Assembly: GCA_016187415.1 (NCBI GenBank)
Contig: JACPJT010000007.1
Location: forward strand, 68,821-132,820
Source: Candidatus Aenigmatarchaeota archaeon
GTDB lineage: Archaea > Aenigmatarchaeota > Aenigmatarchaeia > CG10238-14 > SCSR01
Direction: 5' to 3'
DNA: 64,000 nucleotides
This document shows, piece after piece, positions 10,387 through 20,100 of the stretch (its first letter is position 1; every line of letters begins with the position of its first letter). Made by a program: the position numbers and the translations under genes. The notes beneath the pieces are model-generated. The model ran no database searches. It was not told the DNA's origin and saw nothing but the letters and a program-made list of their open reading frames with translations.

Positions 10387-11520
10387 TATCGGTACGCCGA
10401 AGAGATTGAACAAAATAACCGCAAGCAGAATAATGCTCGTCATGTTAATTATCAAATTTCCCCTGTTTCCAAACAGTTTGTTGAAAATTTCTCCAAAAAA
10501 CAGTCCGCCATCGAAAGGTTTGACGGGCAAGAGATTGACGATGCCCACACCCAGACTGATCATGTACAGCCAGTTAAGGAATGTTAGGACTGTGAAGAAA
10601 ACATTCAAGAACGTTGACGACACATCGCCACCAACGCCGAGTATCTTATATTCGTAAGAGTTTCTCACACCTATTCCAAGGTATGTGTCATTTTTAATTC
10701 TAGGATTCTCTCCAAGCGTAAGGTTGTAACTGCCTTTATCCGTTGTAATTTCCATCTGCTGCCCCACTCTAGTGCCATTCAACGCATTAACAAATTCCAT
10801 CGTATTGTGAATCGTAATACCATTGATTTCATGTATAGTCCCTTCCAGGCCTACCTTGGATGCCGGAGAATTCGTATCTACAGAATCTATAACAGTTCCA
10901 GATGCCTTTGCAATTGAGCTGAAAGCAAACACGCTAGAAACCAAAAGTGCAATGGCAATTATAGCTACTATAAAGTTCGCAAGACTTCCCGCGGCGAATA
11001 TTCTCAGTTTTTTCATCAACGCCAGTTTTTTAATTCCTTTGTCATCGGGATCCACAAAAGCGCCGATCGGTAGGAAGAGCAATAACAGTATACCATAGTT
11101 CTTCAGGCGAACCTTCTCCAGTCTTATAAAAACCGCGTGCATTGTTTCATGCGTGGATGCTATGATGAATATCGCAATTATCCAATACCAGAAAGGAACA
11201 GACAAAACAGGTCCGGGTATCTGATAACCTCCGGCCGTAGGCAGCACCAGCCGTATATCGGCCTGCAGTTTCACAGTAAGAACAATAAGCAGAACAACTC
11301 CGGCTACCCCTGCCAATACCCCGATTACAACCCCAATATTTCCAAGAGTTTTTATAAATCTGGGGTGGCTTTTAACCAATCTATCAATCAGGTGCATTCC
11401 TTTTGTCCATCTTCGAATTATTATGCCATAATTGAAACTGAGGTTCTTTCTATCTTTCAGCAGAAAAACTCCCACAAAAAGTACAAATATTATCAGAGAC
11501 AGTATCTCAAAGTTTACCAT
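10366..11520 (-). CDS. Site-2 protease family (M50) membrane metalloprotease with PDZ domain
   Basis: HExxH (HETMHAVF) lies in a TM segment. A PDZ-like segment (GTVIDSVDTNSPASKVGLEGTIHEINGI) and a C-terminal TM core are present. Confidence 0.8.
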   Translation of the reverse strand: MVNFEILSLIIFVLFVGVFLLKDRKNLSFNYGIIIRRWTKGMHLIDRLVKSHPRFIKTLGNIGVVIGVLAGVAGVVLLIVLTVKLQADIRLVLPTAGGYQIPGPVLSVPFWYWIIAIFIIASTHETMHAVFIRLEKVRLKNYGILLLLFLPIGAFVDPDDKGIKKLALMKKLRIFAAGSLANFIVAIIAIALLVSSVFAFSSIAKASGTVIDSVDTNSPASKVGLEGTIHEINGITIHNTMEFVNALNGTRVGQQMEITTDKGSYNLTLGENPRIKNDTYLGIGVRNSYEYKILGVGGDVSSTFLNVFFTVLTFLNWLYMISLGVGIVNLLPVKPFDGGLFFGEIFNKLFGNRGNLIINMTSIILLAVILFNLFGVPILRSLVG

Positions 11521-11559
11521 AACATCATTATTCTGTTTCAGTCTTTTTTAACTTTAGAA

Positions 11560-11645
11560 TGCAGGGGGTGGGATTTGAACCCACGTATGCACTAAGCAAT
11601 CGACCCCTGAAGCCGATGGAATTGACCAGGCTATCCGACCCCTGC
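11560..11645 (-). tRNA. tRNA-Leu (anticodon CAG), class II with 15-nt variable arm
   Basis: Reverse complement folds with acceptor GCAGGGG/CCCCTGC, anticodon stem TCGGC/GTCGA, loop TTCAGGG, variable stem-loop, T-arm GTGGG-TTCAAAT-CCCAC, and discriminator A. There is no intron. Confidence 0.75.
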
Positions 11646-12482
11646 TTTAACATCCAAACAAATCTTGTAACTTCTTGTAGCAAAAGGCAATACCTTTATC
11701 TTGTTCTCAATTTCGATTTTTTTCTTATTATTCTTTGCAACAGATTTTACTATATTTTCAGCGTCCTTGAAAATGTCATCGCCTTTGCCCGTGAAATAGA
11801 AATGTATCATTCCACTGTCTTTCAAAAGTTGGAACGCACAGTCTAAAAAGTTATCGCCGCTGACAGCTATGGGCATTACAATCCTGTCAAATTTCATTTT
11901 CAGACTACTGGAAACTTCCTTCACGTCACCATTTATCAGAACAATTTTGTGCGACAGCCTGTTTATCCTGACATTTTCCTGCGCATACTTGTGAGCATCC
12001 GGATTGATTTCGATTGCATAGACCTTGTTTACCATAGGCTGTTTCTTGCAAATTGCTATGGCATACGGGCACACTCCGGAAAACATTACCAAAACATTTT
12101 CTCCAGGTTTCACCAGTGACGCAATTCTTTGCCTTTCGGTGGCTTCTCTCGGGGAAAAAAACACTTTGCTGGGATCCAACTTTAGCATATAGCCGTGCTC
12201 CTTATGGAGAACTTCCGTATTTTTTTCTCCGGCAATCAGTTCCAATTGTTCTAACCTATATGTCCCCTTCCTTCCAGACAGCTTGTTCAATACTGATTTG
12301 ACATGTTTGTTCACTTGCATCAAAGCTTCCGCAATTATTTTCTTTTTATTGTCAAGTTCCTTTGGGATTTCTATGACTATGGCAGCCTTCTCTTCGGAAC
12401 CGATTATGTCATAGCTTCTGGGCACTAACTCAAGCTCTTCAGCTGTCAGTTCTCCTTGGAGCATCTTTGCTATCGGTCTCAT
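11631..12482 (-). CDS. Class I SAM-dependent tRNA methyltransferase, Trm5/TYW2 family
   Basis: 283 aa. Met-10-like fold (VLVMFSGVCPYAIAICK). The stop codon lies inside the 5' acceptor region of the tRNA-Leu gene. Confidence 0.65.
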   Translation of the reverse strand: MRPIAKMLQGELTAEELELVPRSYDIIGSEEKAAIVIEIPKELDNKKKIIAEALMQVNKHVKSVLNKLSGRKGTYRLEQLELIAGEKNTEVLHKEHGYMLKLDPSKVFFSPREATERQRIASLVKPGENVLVMFSGVCPYAIAICKKQPMVNKVYAIEINPDAHKYAQENVRINRLSHKIVLINGDVKEVSSSLKMKFDRIVMPIAVSGDNFLDCAFQLLKDSGMIHFYFTGKGDDIFKDAENIVKSVAKNNKKKIEIENKIKVLPFATRSYKICLDVKAGVG

Positions 12483-12847
12483 GGAAAAATCATGTTAATT
12501 AAGCTTAAAACCAGTTCCCCTATGTATTTTGATACATTATTTAGAACACCGGCAGTATAGAAAATAGCAATGCCAAGAAACTGAAACTTGAACGGATCAC
12601 TTGGAAAGAACATCTTATTCACCGTGTAATATATCAGTGTCACCAGAATTATTATCATGGCGGCTCGCCACACCCATCCGCCAATGAACGCCACCAGAGA
12701 ATTTTTGGAGTATAGTGACATAATCAGCCCGACTATACAAACAGTAAAATAAAGCGCTAATTCTATACCGAAAATATAAAACGAAATGGCCACTCCTGCC
12801 AACCCCAGCAGGATGAAGATGAAATATTGCATAGTTCCGGTTTGCAT
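12479..12847 (-). CDS. Small membrane protein (4 TM)
   Basis: Hydrophobic 122-aa ORF whose start overlaps the end of the upstream gene. Confidence 0.35.
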   Translation of the reverse strand: MQTGTMQYFIFILLGLAGVAISFYIFGIELALYFTVCIVGLIMSLYSKNSLVAFIGGWVWRAAMIIILVTLIYYTVNKMFFPSDPFKFQFLGIAIFYTAGVLNNVSKYIGELVLSLINMIFP

Positions 12848-12876
12848 ATTTTATTATACACCTTCAAATTATTTCT

Positions 12877-13617
12877 ATGCTTGCATTAATAGGTTTGGGG
12901 TTGTTTGACGAGAACGACCTGACATTGCGCGGTATAGACGAAGCGAGAAATTCCGACAAAGTCTACATAGAACTTTACACCAGCAAATGGCACGGTAATA
13001 TCCGGAACTTGGAGAAGATTATCGGCAAAAATATAGTCGAGTTAAAGAGAAAGGACATGGAAGAAAATTCAGGCAAAATTCTTGACGAAGCAAGAAAACA
13101 AAGGATTTCAATTTTTGTCGAAGGCGATCCGCTGATGGCCACTACACATTCTTCATTGCTTGTTGATGCGAGAAAACATAAAATAGAAACCAAAGTGATT
13201 CACAATGCATCTATAGTTTCTGTTATAGGTGAAACGGGTCTGCACATGTACAAATTCGGGCCGGTAGTCACAATACCGTTTCCAGAAAAAACAAAAGGTC
13301 ACCTGCCAGAATCGACTTTCTCAATAATAAATGACAATAAAAAAAGGAACTTGCACACATTATGCTTGCTGGACGTCAAAGCCGAAGAAGGAGAATACAT
13401 GACTGTCAATGAGGGGTTGAAAATACTTCTTGCCGGTAAAGTTGTGGGACAGAACGATAAGATAGTAGTGTTCGCTAAAGCGGGTAGTGACAAACCGTTA
13501 TTGGTGCACAATTCAGTGAAAACTTTGCTAAAGCAAAATATAAGCGATATACCTGTAGTGATTATAATTCTGGGAAAGCTCCATTTTACAGAAAATGATT
13601 ATTTAAAATCTATATAG
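12877..13617 (+). CDS. dphB: Diphthine synthase
   Basis: Tetrapyrrole-methylase fold. N-terminus MLALIGLGLFDENDLTLRG. Confidence 0.85.
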   Translation: MLALIGLGLFDENDLTLRGIDEARNSDKVYIELYTSKWHGNIRNLEKIIGKNIVELKRKDMEENSGKILDEARKQRISIFVEGDPLMATTHSSLLVDARKHKIETKVIHNASIVSVIGETGLHMYKFGPVVTIPFPEKTKGHLPESTFSIINDNKKRNLHTLCLLDVKAEEGEYMTVNEGLKILLAGKVVGQNDKIVVFAKAGSDKPLLVHNSVKTLLKQNISDIPVVIIILGKLHFTENDYLKSI

Positions 13618-13639
13618 ACGATTTAATTATCAGCTTTAT

Positions 13640-14308
13640 TCAACGACGAGGAGTAGCTTGTCCTTGGGTGGTTCCTTCATCCCCTCTTCCATCACCTCGT
13701 GAGGCGAGGAAAATTAACAATGCTGTCCCGCCAATCAAAATTATCATTGTCAATGCACCAGAGTTTATTGGCCCGCCTGTACCAAAGAGCTGATTTGCAC
13801 TTATTTGAATTCCTGGAAATATTGATGTCCCCCCGCTCGCCAGGAACACACCCACTGCAAGAAGAGCTGAAATACCTAAAATCCAACCCGCATTTTCAGC
13901 TGAAATAAGTGGTTGACCCTCTGTTCCTATGATTCCCGCGTTCTTGAACATGACTACAAGTATTATGACCACCATGAAAGTCAAAATTATCGTCAATGTG
14001 CCTCCTATAAATCTTGTAAGGAATTCGCTGAACAGTATTCCAACAGGAGTCTGCACAAGGATGAAACCAGCAATGCCGGCGGCGACTAGAACATTCAGAG
14101 CCTTCTGTTCACCAAAAATCTTTGTCTTGTCCAACAATGCATAAAATATGCCGAAAGCTATTATGAACGGAAGATAAAATTGAAACACGCCGATATCTTT
14201 AAGCGAGTTTATTGCGTCTTGAAAACCCTGAGCAAAAACCACACCTGAAAGCATCAGAATGCTAGCTACAAATCCGAAAATGAAATTCGTTAATATCTTG
14301 TTTGTCAT
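13640..14308 (-). CDS. Membrane protein, paralog 3 of a tandem triplet (Gly/Arg-rich C-terminal tail)
   Basis: Shares architecture and conserved N-terminal motif with the 14316 and 14862 ORFs. Confidence 0.45.
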   Translation of the reverse strand: MTNKILTNFIFGFVASILMLSGVVFAQGFQDAINSLKDIGVFQFYLPFIIAFGIFYALLDKTKIFGEQKALNVLVAAGIAGFILVQTPVGILFSEFLTRFIGGTLTIILTFMVVIILVVMFKNAGIIGTEGQPLISAENAGWILGISALLAVGVFLASGGTSIFPGIQISANQLFGTGGPINSGALTMIILIGGTALLIFLASRGDGRGDEGTTQGQATPRR

Positions 14309-14315
14309 TTAATGC

Positions 14316-14861
14316 TCACTTTCCATTTTTCCCTGTCGCAAGCACAATCAGTGCTACAGTCCCGCCCAATAATATAATTACACCGACAGATATTAATATA
14401 TCCGACGGGATTTGTATCCCTCTCGGGAAGAAAATACCTCCCAGTCCGCTTGTAATCATGATTATTATACCGGCGATTAAGCCAATCGCAGCCAATCCAC
14501 CCGCAAGTGCAGGACCTTTCAGTTTTTCACTCAGGTTTTTAGGCAAATCGGGCTGAAATACCATGCCGACAAGCATCATCGCTATCATGCCGACTAAAAA
14601 CACGCTAAGCCCCTGCACAAAGAATGTAGCCAATGGGGTTTCTATATTAATGCCGAGAATGACAGGCGCCGCCCACACAAACAAGCTGAATACAAGTGAT
14701 ATGATGGCGTTTACAGTAACGTTCTTTTCTGGTTCGCCAAATAGTTGCGACTTTCTCAGTATGCCATAAGTTATCGCCGAAGTCAGCATGAACGGCAGAA
14801 GGAAGCTGAAAAATCCAAGCGCCTGCATTTTCAATATTGCAATTTCAAAAAATGTCGCCAT
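14316..14861 (-). CDS. Membrane protein, paralog 2 of the tandem triplet
   Basis: MATFFEIAILKMQALGFFSFLLPFMLTSAITYGILRKSQLFGE aligns with the N-terminus of paralog 1. Confidence 0.45.
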   Translation of the reverse strand: MATFFEIAILKMQALGFFSFLLPFMLTSAITYGILRKSQLFGEPEKNVTVNAIISLVFSLFVWAAPVILGINIETPLATFFVQGLSVFLVGMIAMMLVGMVFQPDLPKNLSEKLKGPALAGGLAAIGLIAGIIIMITSGLGGIFFPRGIQIPSDILISVGVIILLGGTVALIVLATGKNGK

Positions 14862-15410
14862 TTATTTAATCTCCTTTGCCGCCGACATTGTCACTATCAA
14901 AAGAACAATGAAAAAGACAACAAACATTATTGTTACCACCAAAAGGTCCCCTGGCGCCTTGCTCGTGCTCAGCAGTGATCTAATTGGGTTTATGAGAAAT
15001 TCGGCCAGACCAACCGCGGCTGCGAATCCTAGGACAACCCACACGAGCCAACTTGCAGGCCCTTCCTTGAAAATGTCAGTCAGTTTTTCGCCCAGAGTAG
15101 GATAGAACAATCCGGATATAAGGAAACCGAATACAAGTGCTAAGATTATTATGACACCCTGTGTCAGGAATGATGTCAATGGAACTGTAAGACTTGTGCC
15201 CAAAATTACAGGAGAGCCAAAGACGAACAAACCTACAGCTATCGAAATTATTGCATGAAGCGCGACAGAATCGCCCAACAGTTGCGTCTTCCTGAGAACC
15301 GCATAAAGCACGGTTGAAAGCAAAATAAATGGCAATAGAAAATTATAGAATCCTATGCCGAGCAGTCTTTCAACGACAATCTGAAAAATATTAGCCATCT
15401 TATCTTTCAC
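14862..15410 (-). CDS. Membrane protein, paralog 1 of the tandem triplet
   Basis: Carries GIGFYNFLLPFILLSTVLYAVLRKTQLLGD. Its stop abuts the start of paralog 2. Confidence 0.45.
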   Translation of the reverse strand: MKDKMANIFQIVVERLLGIGFYNFLLPFILLSTVLYAVLRKTQLLGDSVALHAIISIAVGLFVFGSPVILGTSLTVPLTSFLTQGVIIILALVFGFLISGLFYPTLGEKLTDIFKEGPASWLVWVVLGFAAAVGLAEFLINPIRSLLSTSKAPGDLLVVTIMFVVFFIVLLIVTMSAAKEIK

Positions 15411-15430
15411 TTATTTGTTAAAATAAAAAT

Positions 15431-16078
15431 TTAAGCTTCCCTCTTAAGCCTTTGAACCAAGTCGGTCAACCCTCTTACAGATTCTATCAATGCGGGAAGG
15501 GTTTCCTTGAACGCCTTTTCCAAGCCGCTTATCCTTGTCTCAATGTCGCCCATGCTTTCCTTGAACGTCTCCATCTTGCTCAATATCTGCGTCTGCTCGG
15601 CATTTCTCAAATTCATTATTTCGCTTATCCTGTCGCTGACTTCCTGTACCCTTCTTCCGATTTCCTGTGCCCTTGCGCCGAACTCCGTGACCTCCTGGTT
15701 TATTTCACCCATTCTCGCTTGGACGACATAATCAACATATTCTTCTGTGGGGTAGCTTTGGTAGTTCTGGTAGTATTCCTGCGGCAGCGATGTTTCAGGC
15801 AGCTGGGTAGACCTTTCATGTTCCTTTGGCGTGATATCTTCCAGCGTAGGCAAGCTCGGTTCGTTTTTTTGCGATTGCTTGGGTTGCTCTGTCGTGGCAG
15901 CAAATTTCAAAGCTTCCGTAAGAGCGCCGTCAATCTCTTCAGGCGCATACCCCTCCTTTCTGAGGACATCTATAACTTCAACTTCCGAGAAACCTCGCCC
16001 AGTCAATTCCCTTACCCTTTCAATCGGTATGGAGCCTTTGCCTTTCTGCATGGGGTTGTTAAAAAACGGTAAAGCCAT
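15431..16078 (-). CDS. Coiled-coil protein with N-terminal helical (UBA-like?) domain
   Basis: MALPFF... N-terminus. Acidic, Gln-rich linker. C-terminal heptad-rich region. Confidence 0.35.
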   Translation of the reverse strand: MALPFFNNPMQKGKGSIPIERVRELTGRGFSEVEVIDVLRKEGYAPEEIDGALTEALKFAATTEQPKQSQKNEPSLPTLEDITPKEHERSTQLPETSLPQEYYQNYQSYPTEEYVDYVVQARMGEINQEVTEFGARAQEIGRRVQEVSDRISEIMNLRNAEQTQILSKMETFKESMGDIETRISGLEKAFKETLPALIESVRGLTDLVQRLKREA

Positions 16079-16191
16079 TATTCCACTATAACTAGTTTCG
16101 TTTTAAGTAACATAAATTTAAGCTTTTTCTCGATATATCGACAACAATACATTCTCTGGCTATAAATCCACAAACAACTATTCACAATGAT

Positions 16192-17019
16192 ATGATAGTC
16201 AAGAACAGAGATAGAGGACAATATACGTTTGCCAACATCAACCTTTTGGGTAGGTGCAATGCCGACTGTTATTTCTGTTTGGGAAAGGATATTGAAGACG
16301 AATTAAGAGACAAAAATCAATTAAATGTCCATTTTAGTGAATGGAAAAATTTCAGAAACTTCCTCAATAGATGTATGGATGAAGGAGCATCAAAATTGTA
16401 TTTAACAGGGCAGACTGCAGACGGACTTCAATATAGATATTTGAGCGAATTAGTAGATGCTTTACAAGCAGATAATTTTTCCGTTGGTGTAAGAACAAAC
16501 GGCTATTTGGCATTAAGAAAGATGAAGACCATACAAAGAATGAGAGGCGAAATTGGTTATTCTATTCATACGCTGGATCCCCAAACAAACAAATTCATAA
16601 TGGGCAGGTCAGATATACCAAAATGGGATGAAATCATCCCCCAGAGCGGACACAATGTTAGAGTTTCTATAGTTTTGAACAGATATAACATCGGTCAATT
16701 TTATGATTTGTGTGGGTACATCGCTCAATTTCCTAATGTAAGGTATATTCAGGTAAGAAGAATATCAACTGATACTCGTGAAAGTCTATTGATGGAAGAC
16801 ATAAAATTATATGAGGAATTCTTTAGAGATTTCGAAAAAACGCATAGGCAGATAGGTGACTTTCATCGTGCACAACAATTCAAATTATTTGGTAAAGAAG
16901 TTGTTTTTTGGAGGACGGTTGAAACCTCAGTAAATTCTCTTAACTATTTTACGGATGGAACTTGTAGCGACGAATATTTTATAGTTGAAGGGTATCTAAA
17001 AAATAGAATACCAAACTAA
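16192..17019 (+). CDS. Radical SAM domain protein
   Basis: CxxxCxxC cluster motif CNADCYFC lies near the N-terminus. Confidence 0.7.
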   Translation: MIVKNRDRGQYTFANINLLGRCNADCYFCLGKDIEDELRDKNQLNVHFSEWKNFRNFLNRCMDEGASKLYLTGQTADGLQYRYLSELVDALQADNFSVGVRTNGYLALRKMKTIQRMRGEIGYSIHTLDPQTNKFIMGRSDIPKWDEIIPQSGHNVRVSIVLNRYNIGQFYDLCGYIAQFPNVRYIQVRRISTDTRESLLMEDIKLYEEFFRDFEKTHRQIGDFHRAQQFKLFGKEVVFWRTVETSVNSLNYFTDGTCSDEYFIVEGYLKNRIPN

Positions 17020-17068
17020 GTTCACATTTGCTATGTTCTATGGACTGTTTTGAAAAAGCTGGGAAAAC

Positions 17069-17488
17069 CTAAACCCTTTTAATTTTTGCTGTCTTGTCTT
17101 CTATCATTTTTTCTACTTCGTCCTTGGTTGCAAATTTCGCGGTGATCGGGTTTATCAAATCTATGAATGTCTCCATCTCTTTAAATTCCCGTTTGGTGGC
17201 GGTCTTTGACAGTTCCTTGCCCAGTCTCAATATCTCCCCTTCAATACTCACCAATTTTTCCGACAGCGATACTATCCTATCGCTTATTTTTTCCAGTGAA
17301 AGTTTCAAATCATTCAGCTGCGTTAAAGTATTGTCTTCCAAGGCATCTACAGAATTTTCCACACGATCTACACGCTGTTCAATAATCCTTATCCGCCTTG
17401 TATTTTCGTTTAGCCTTTTCACAAGTTCGGTTATCAGTTCTTCCACGTTTCCGCCGTGTCTTTCAAATGGTAGTGTAGGCAATGCCAT
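17069..17488 (-). CDS. Coiled-coil protein (paralogous N-terminus to the 15431 ORF)
   Basis: MALPTLPFERHGG... followed by long heptad repeats. Divergently transcribed from the secretion ATPase. Confidence 0.35.
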   Translation of the reverse strand: MALPTLPFERHGGNVEELITELVKRLNENTRRIRIIEQRVDRVENSVDALEDNTLTQLNDLKLSLEKISDRIVSLSEKLVSIEGEILRLGKELSKTATKREFKEMETFIDLINPITAKFATKDEVEKMIEDKTAKIKRV

Positions 17489-17532
17489 TATAAAAGATTT
17501 GTTTAATCATGCAGATATAATAATTAGATAGA

Positions 17533-19770
17533 ATGGCTGTAGAGTACGAGGTTGTCAACGGCGCTTTGAGGATAAATTGTATGAACTGGGCAATACCGCC
17601 TAGCATAGAGGATTCGGACGCGACGATGGCTGTTGTAATAGACAAATTGCTCGAAGCCCGCGATGCGACCAGAGTGGTTTTGATTGAGGCCAGGGAAAAT
17701 GAATACGACGAAGACCAGACAAGAATGTTGCGCGAAATTGCGGACGCATATAACAGGATCATAAACGTCGACAAGATTCTCAGTTTGAAAAATCTTGGTC
17801 CGCCGCAATGCGAGAAACTTTACTCAAAGAGGCTGTCGGACCTGCAGTTTCTAGTTTTCGAAGTTCTCAGGAAAGACCCGATCGGGGCGTATCTAAGAAT
17901 AGTCAAGATGCTGAATGCAAACAATGTGTTGGAGAAGACGGCGCCGTTGGAACAGCGGGTGTGCTTCACCGACTATATCGACAATGCACTGGTGCCTATC
18001 AAACAAATTCTTGAAGGATGCACACTGATTCAGAAGACAATGCCGATTCTGCAAAATTATCAGGTTGGGAGCAGGGACATTTACCGTGAGCTGTTTTCGC
18101 CCGCAGTAAAGCCGAATTTCATGCTGACGAGATTCATGTTAAGCATTCCCAAAGGCGCAAGATTAATAGAGAAATATTCGATTTCAGGCGCCGATGTCGA
18201 AATTTATAAATTGCAAAACAAGGTCAGATACTTCTATCACATAATACCGCGTGAATTCATTCTTAGCGACGAAAAGTATTCCATTCTGGATTCGGCAAGG
18301 AGATATCTTGCAGCGCACAGGCCGACAGAAGCGGAGTCGGTAGAACCAGAAAAATCAAGGGAACTTTTCAAAACATTGGGACGGGATCTCGTGCGGGATA
18401 TAGCGAAAAGCACGGGAGTCGATCTGACATCGGCAGAGATAGAAGAGCTTGCGACAATCTTGGCGAGGTATACTGCAGGTTACGGCGTGCTCGAATTGCT
18501 TTTGTCAGACGAGAAAATCCAGGACATTTTTGTAAATTCACCGATAGGCTTGACGCCGATTTTCATCAACCATTCGGATTTTGAAGAGTGTGAAACAAAT
18601 CTCATGCCTACAAGCGAAGACGCGGATTCATGGGCGACGCGATTCAGGCTTAATTCAGGGAGGCCGCTGGACGAGTCCAATCCGGTGCTTGATACAGAAT
18701 TGACGGTTCCCAATGGCAGGGCAAGGGTAGCTGCGATAACAAGATCACTGTCGCCGGAAGGGTTGGCATTCGCTTTCAGGCGGCACAGGGACAAGCCGTG
18801 GACCATGCCGCTATTCATCAAGAATAAAATGTTCGATCCATTATATTCCGGACTGATGAGTTTCATCATAGACGGTGGCAGGGCGCTTCTTGTTGCCGGC
18901 GGAAGAGGTTCAGGAAAAACATCTGTACTGGCATCTTTGATGTTGGAAATAATGCCGAGATTCAGGGTCATCAGCGTGGAAGATACTCTTGAGTTGCCAC
19001 TTACATCATTGCGGCAGTTGGGATACAATGTAGAAAGAATGAAATCGCGGTCCGTAATAACAAGAGTTGAGACCGAATTGCCAGCGGACGAGGCGTTGAG
19101 AACAGCTTTGAGATTGGGAGATTCAGTTCTGATTATCGGCGAGGTCCGTTCTGTCGAATCGCTGGCGTTGTTCGAGGCGATGAGAATCGGTGCCATGGCA
19201 AATGTAGTTGCTGGCACCATACATGGCGAATCCGCTTACGGTGTGTATGACAGGGTCGTGCATGATCTTGGCGTGCCGCCGACAAGCTTCAAGGCATTGG
19301 ACTTGATCACTGTGTGCAATCAGTTGAAATCCCCGGACGGGTTGCACAGATTCAGGCGCGTCACGGAATTGACGGAAGTGAGAAAGCACTGGAAGGACGA
19401 TCCTTCTGAGGAAGGCGGTTTTGTCAATCTCATGGAATATTCCGCGAAGGAGGACAGGCTCAAGCCGACGGACACTCTGGTTGACGGCGAGACGCATGTG
19501 CTGAACGAGATTTCAAATAGGGTCAGGGAATGGAAAGGGCAGTGGGATGCTGTCTGGGACAACATTTTATTACGGGCAAAGATAAAAGAGACTATGGTGG
19601 ATTTTGCGAGCAGGCTGAACAAGAGCAGTATTCTGGAAGCCGATCATATCGTTATTTCCAATGCGATGTTCCATCTTATATCGGAGCAGGTGAGGCAGGA
19701 GGTAGGATCCATGGACTCGAAGATGATTTATGACAAATGGTTGGACTGGTACAAGAAGAGGGTCGGATAG
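17533..19770 (+). CDS. Type II/IV secretion-system ATPase (GspE/FlaI/VirB11 superfamily) with about 300-aa N-terminal extension
   Basis: Walker A LLVAGGRGSGKTSVLAS. Walker B/Asp box (VLIIGEVRS). His box present. 745 aa. Confidence 0.8.
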   Translation: MAVEYEVVNGALRINCMNWAIPPSIEDSDATMAVVIDKLLEARDATRVVLIEARENEYDEDQTRMLREIADAYNRIINVDKILSLKNLGPPQCEKLYSKRLSDLQFLVFEVLRKDPIGAYLRIVKMLNANNVLEKTAPLEQRVCFTDYIDNALVPIKQILEGCTLIQKTMPILQNYQVGSRDIYRELFSPAVKPNFMLTRFMLSIPKGARLIEKYSISGADVEIYKLQNKVRYFYHIIPREFILSDEKYSILDSARRYLAAHRPTEAESVEPEKSRELFKTLGRDLVRDIAKSTGVDLTSAEIEELATILARYTAGYGVLELLLSDEKIQDIFVNSPIGLTPIFINHSDFEECETNLMPTSEDADSWATRFRLNSGRPLDESNPVLDTELTVPNGRARVAAITRSLSPEGLAFAFRRHRDKPWTMPLFIKNKMFDPLYSGLMSFIIDGGRALLVAGGRGSGKTSVLASLMLEIMPRFRVISVEDTLELPLTSLRQLGYNVERMKSRSVITRVETELPADEALRTALRLGDSVLIIGEVRSVESLALFEAMRIGAMANVVAGTIHGESAYGVYDRVVHDLGVPPTSFKALDLITVCNQLKSPDGLHRFRRVTELTEVRKHWKDDPSEEGGFVNLMEYSAKEDRLKPTDTLVDGETHVLNEISNRVREWKGQWDAVWDNILLRAKIKETMVDFASRLNKSSILEADHIVISNAMFHLISEQVRQEVGSMDSKMIYDKWLDWYKKRVG

Positions 19771-20064
19771 ATGAGAGCTGTGGCCGTTCCGTACATCATA
19801 GCCATCGTTCTCGGCATTATCGTCATCGCCATAGTCGGATATCTGCTGTTCATGTCTTCCAACAATAGCATTTGCGCGGGAAAAGATGCCGAATGCCGCG
19901 GAAGAATTCTGGAGTGGTGCACAACAAAAACCGAATCTGCTAAACAGAAAATAAACGAAATATGCAGCTCATGCATCAAGGGTTTTGATTTTAAGGCAAA
20001 CGTATGCATCTTTTGCAAAACTGTTATACCAGGCTGGAATGACCAGGCTAATTGCGGTAAATGA
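19771..20064 (+). CDS. Small Cys-rich pilin-like protein (class III signal peptide candidate MRA|VAVPYIIAIVLG...)
   Basis: Starts 1 nt after the ATPase stop. N-terminal hydrophobic helix follows a basic residue plus Ala. 9 Cys in the C-terminal 60 aa. Paralog of the 24161 and 25518 ORFs. Confidence 0.5.
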   Translation: MRAVAVPYIIAIVLGIIVIAIVGYLLFMSSNNSICAGKDAECRGRILEWCTTKTESAKQKINEICSSCIKGFDFKANVCIFCKTVIPGWNDQANCGK

Positions 20065-20100
20065 TTCAAGTTTAATTCTTCCCAAACCAAATTTTAAATA

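Noticed and set aside
15452-16072. 206-aa plus-strand ORF
   Set aside because: It is fully antisense to the coiled-coil gene 15431..16078 and has no features.
17094-17531. 145-aa plus-strand ORF (Ser-rich)
   Set aside because: It is antisense to the coiled-coil gene 17069..17488. Its low-complexity composition is typical of the reverse frame of a heptad-repeat gene.
18480-19220. 246-aa minus-strand ORF inside the secretion ATPase gene (and similar antisense ORFs at 894-1241, 1404-1779, 36167-36924, 47066-47939, 50238-50612 and elsewhere)
   Set aside because: These are shadow ORFs antisense to strongly supported genes. They have low-complexity Ser/Pro/Leu-rich translations with no motifs.
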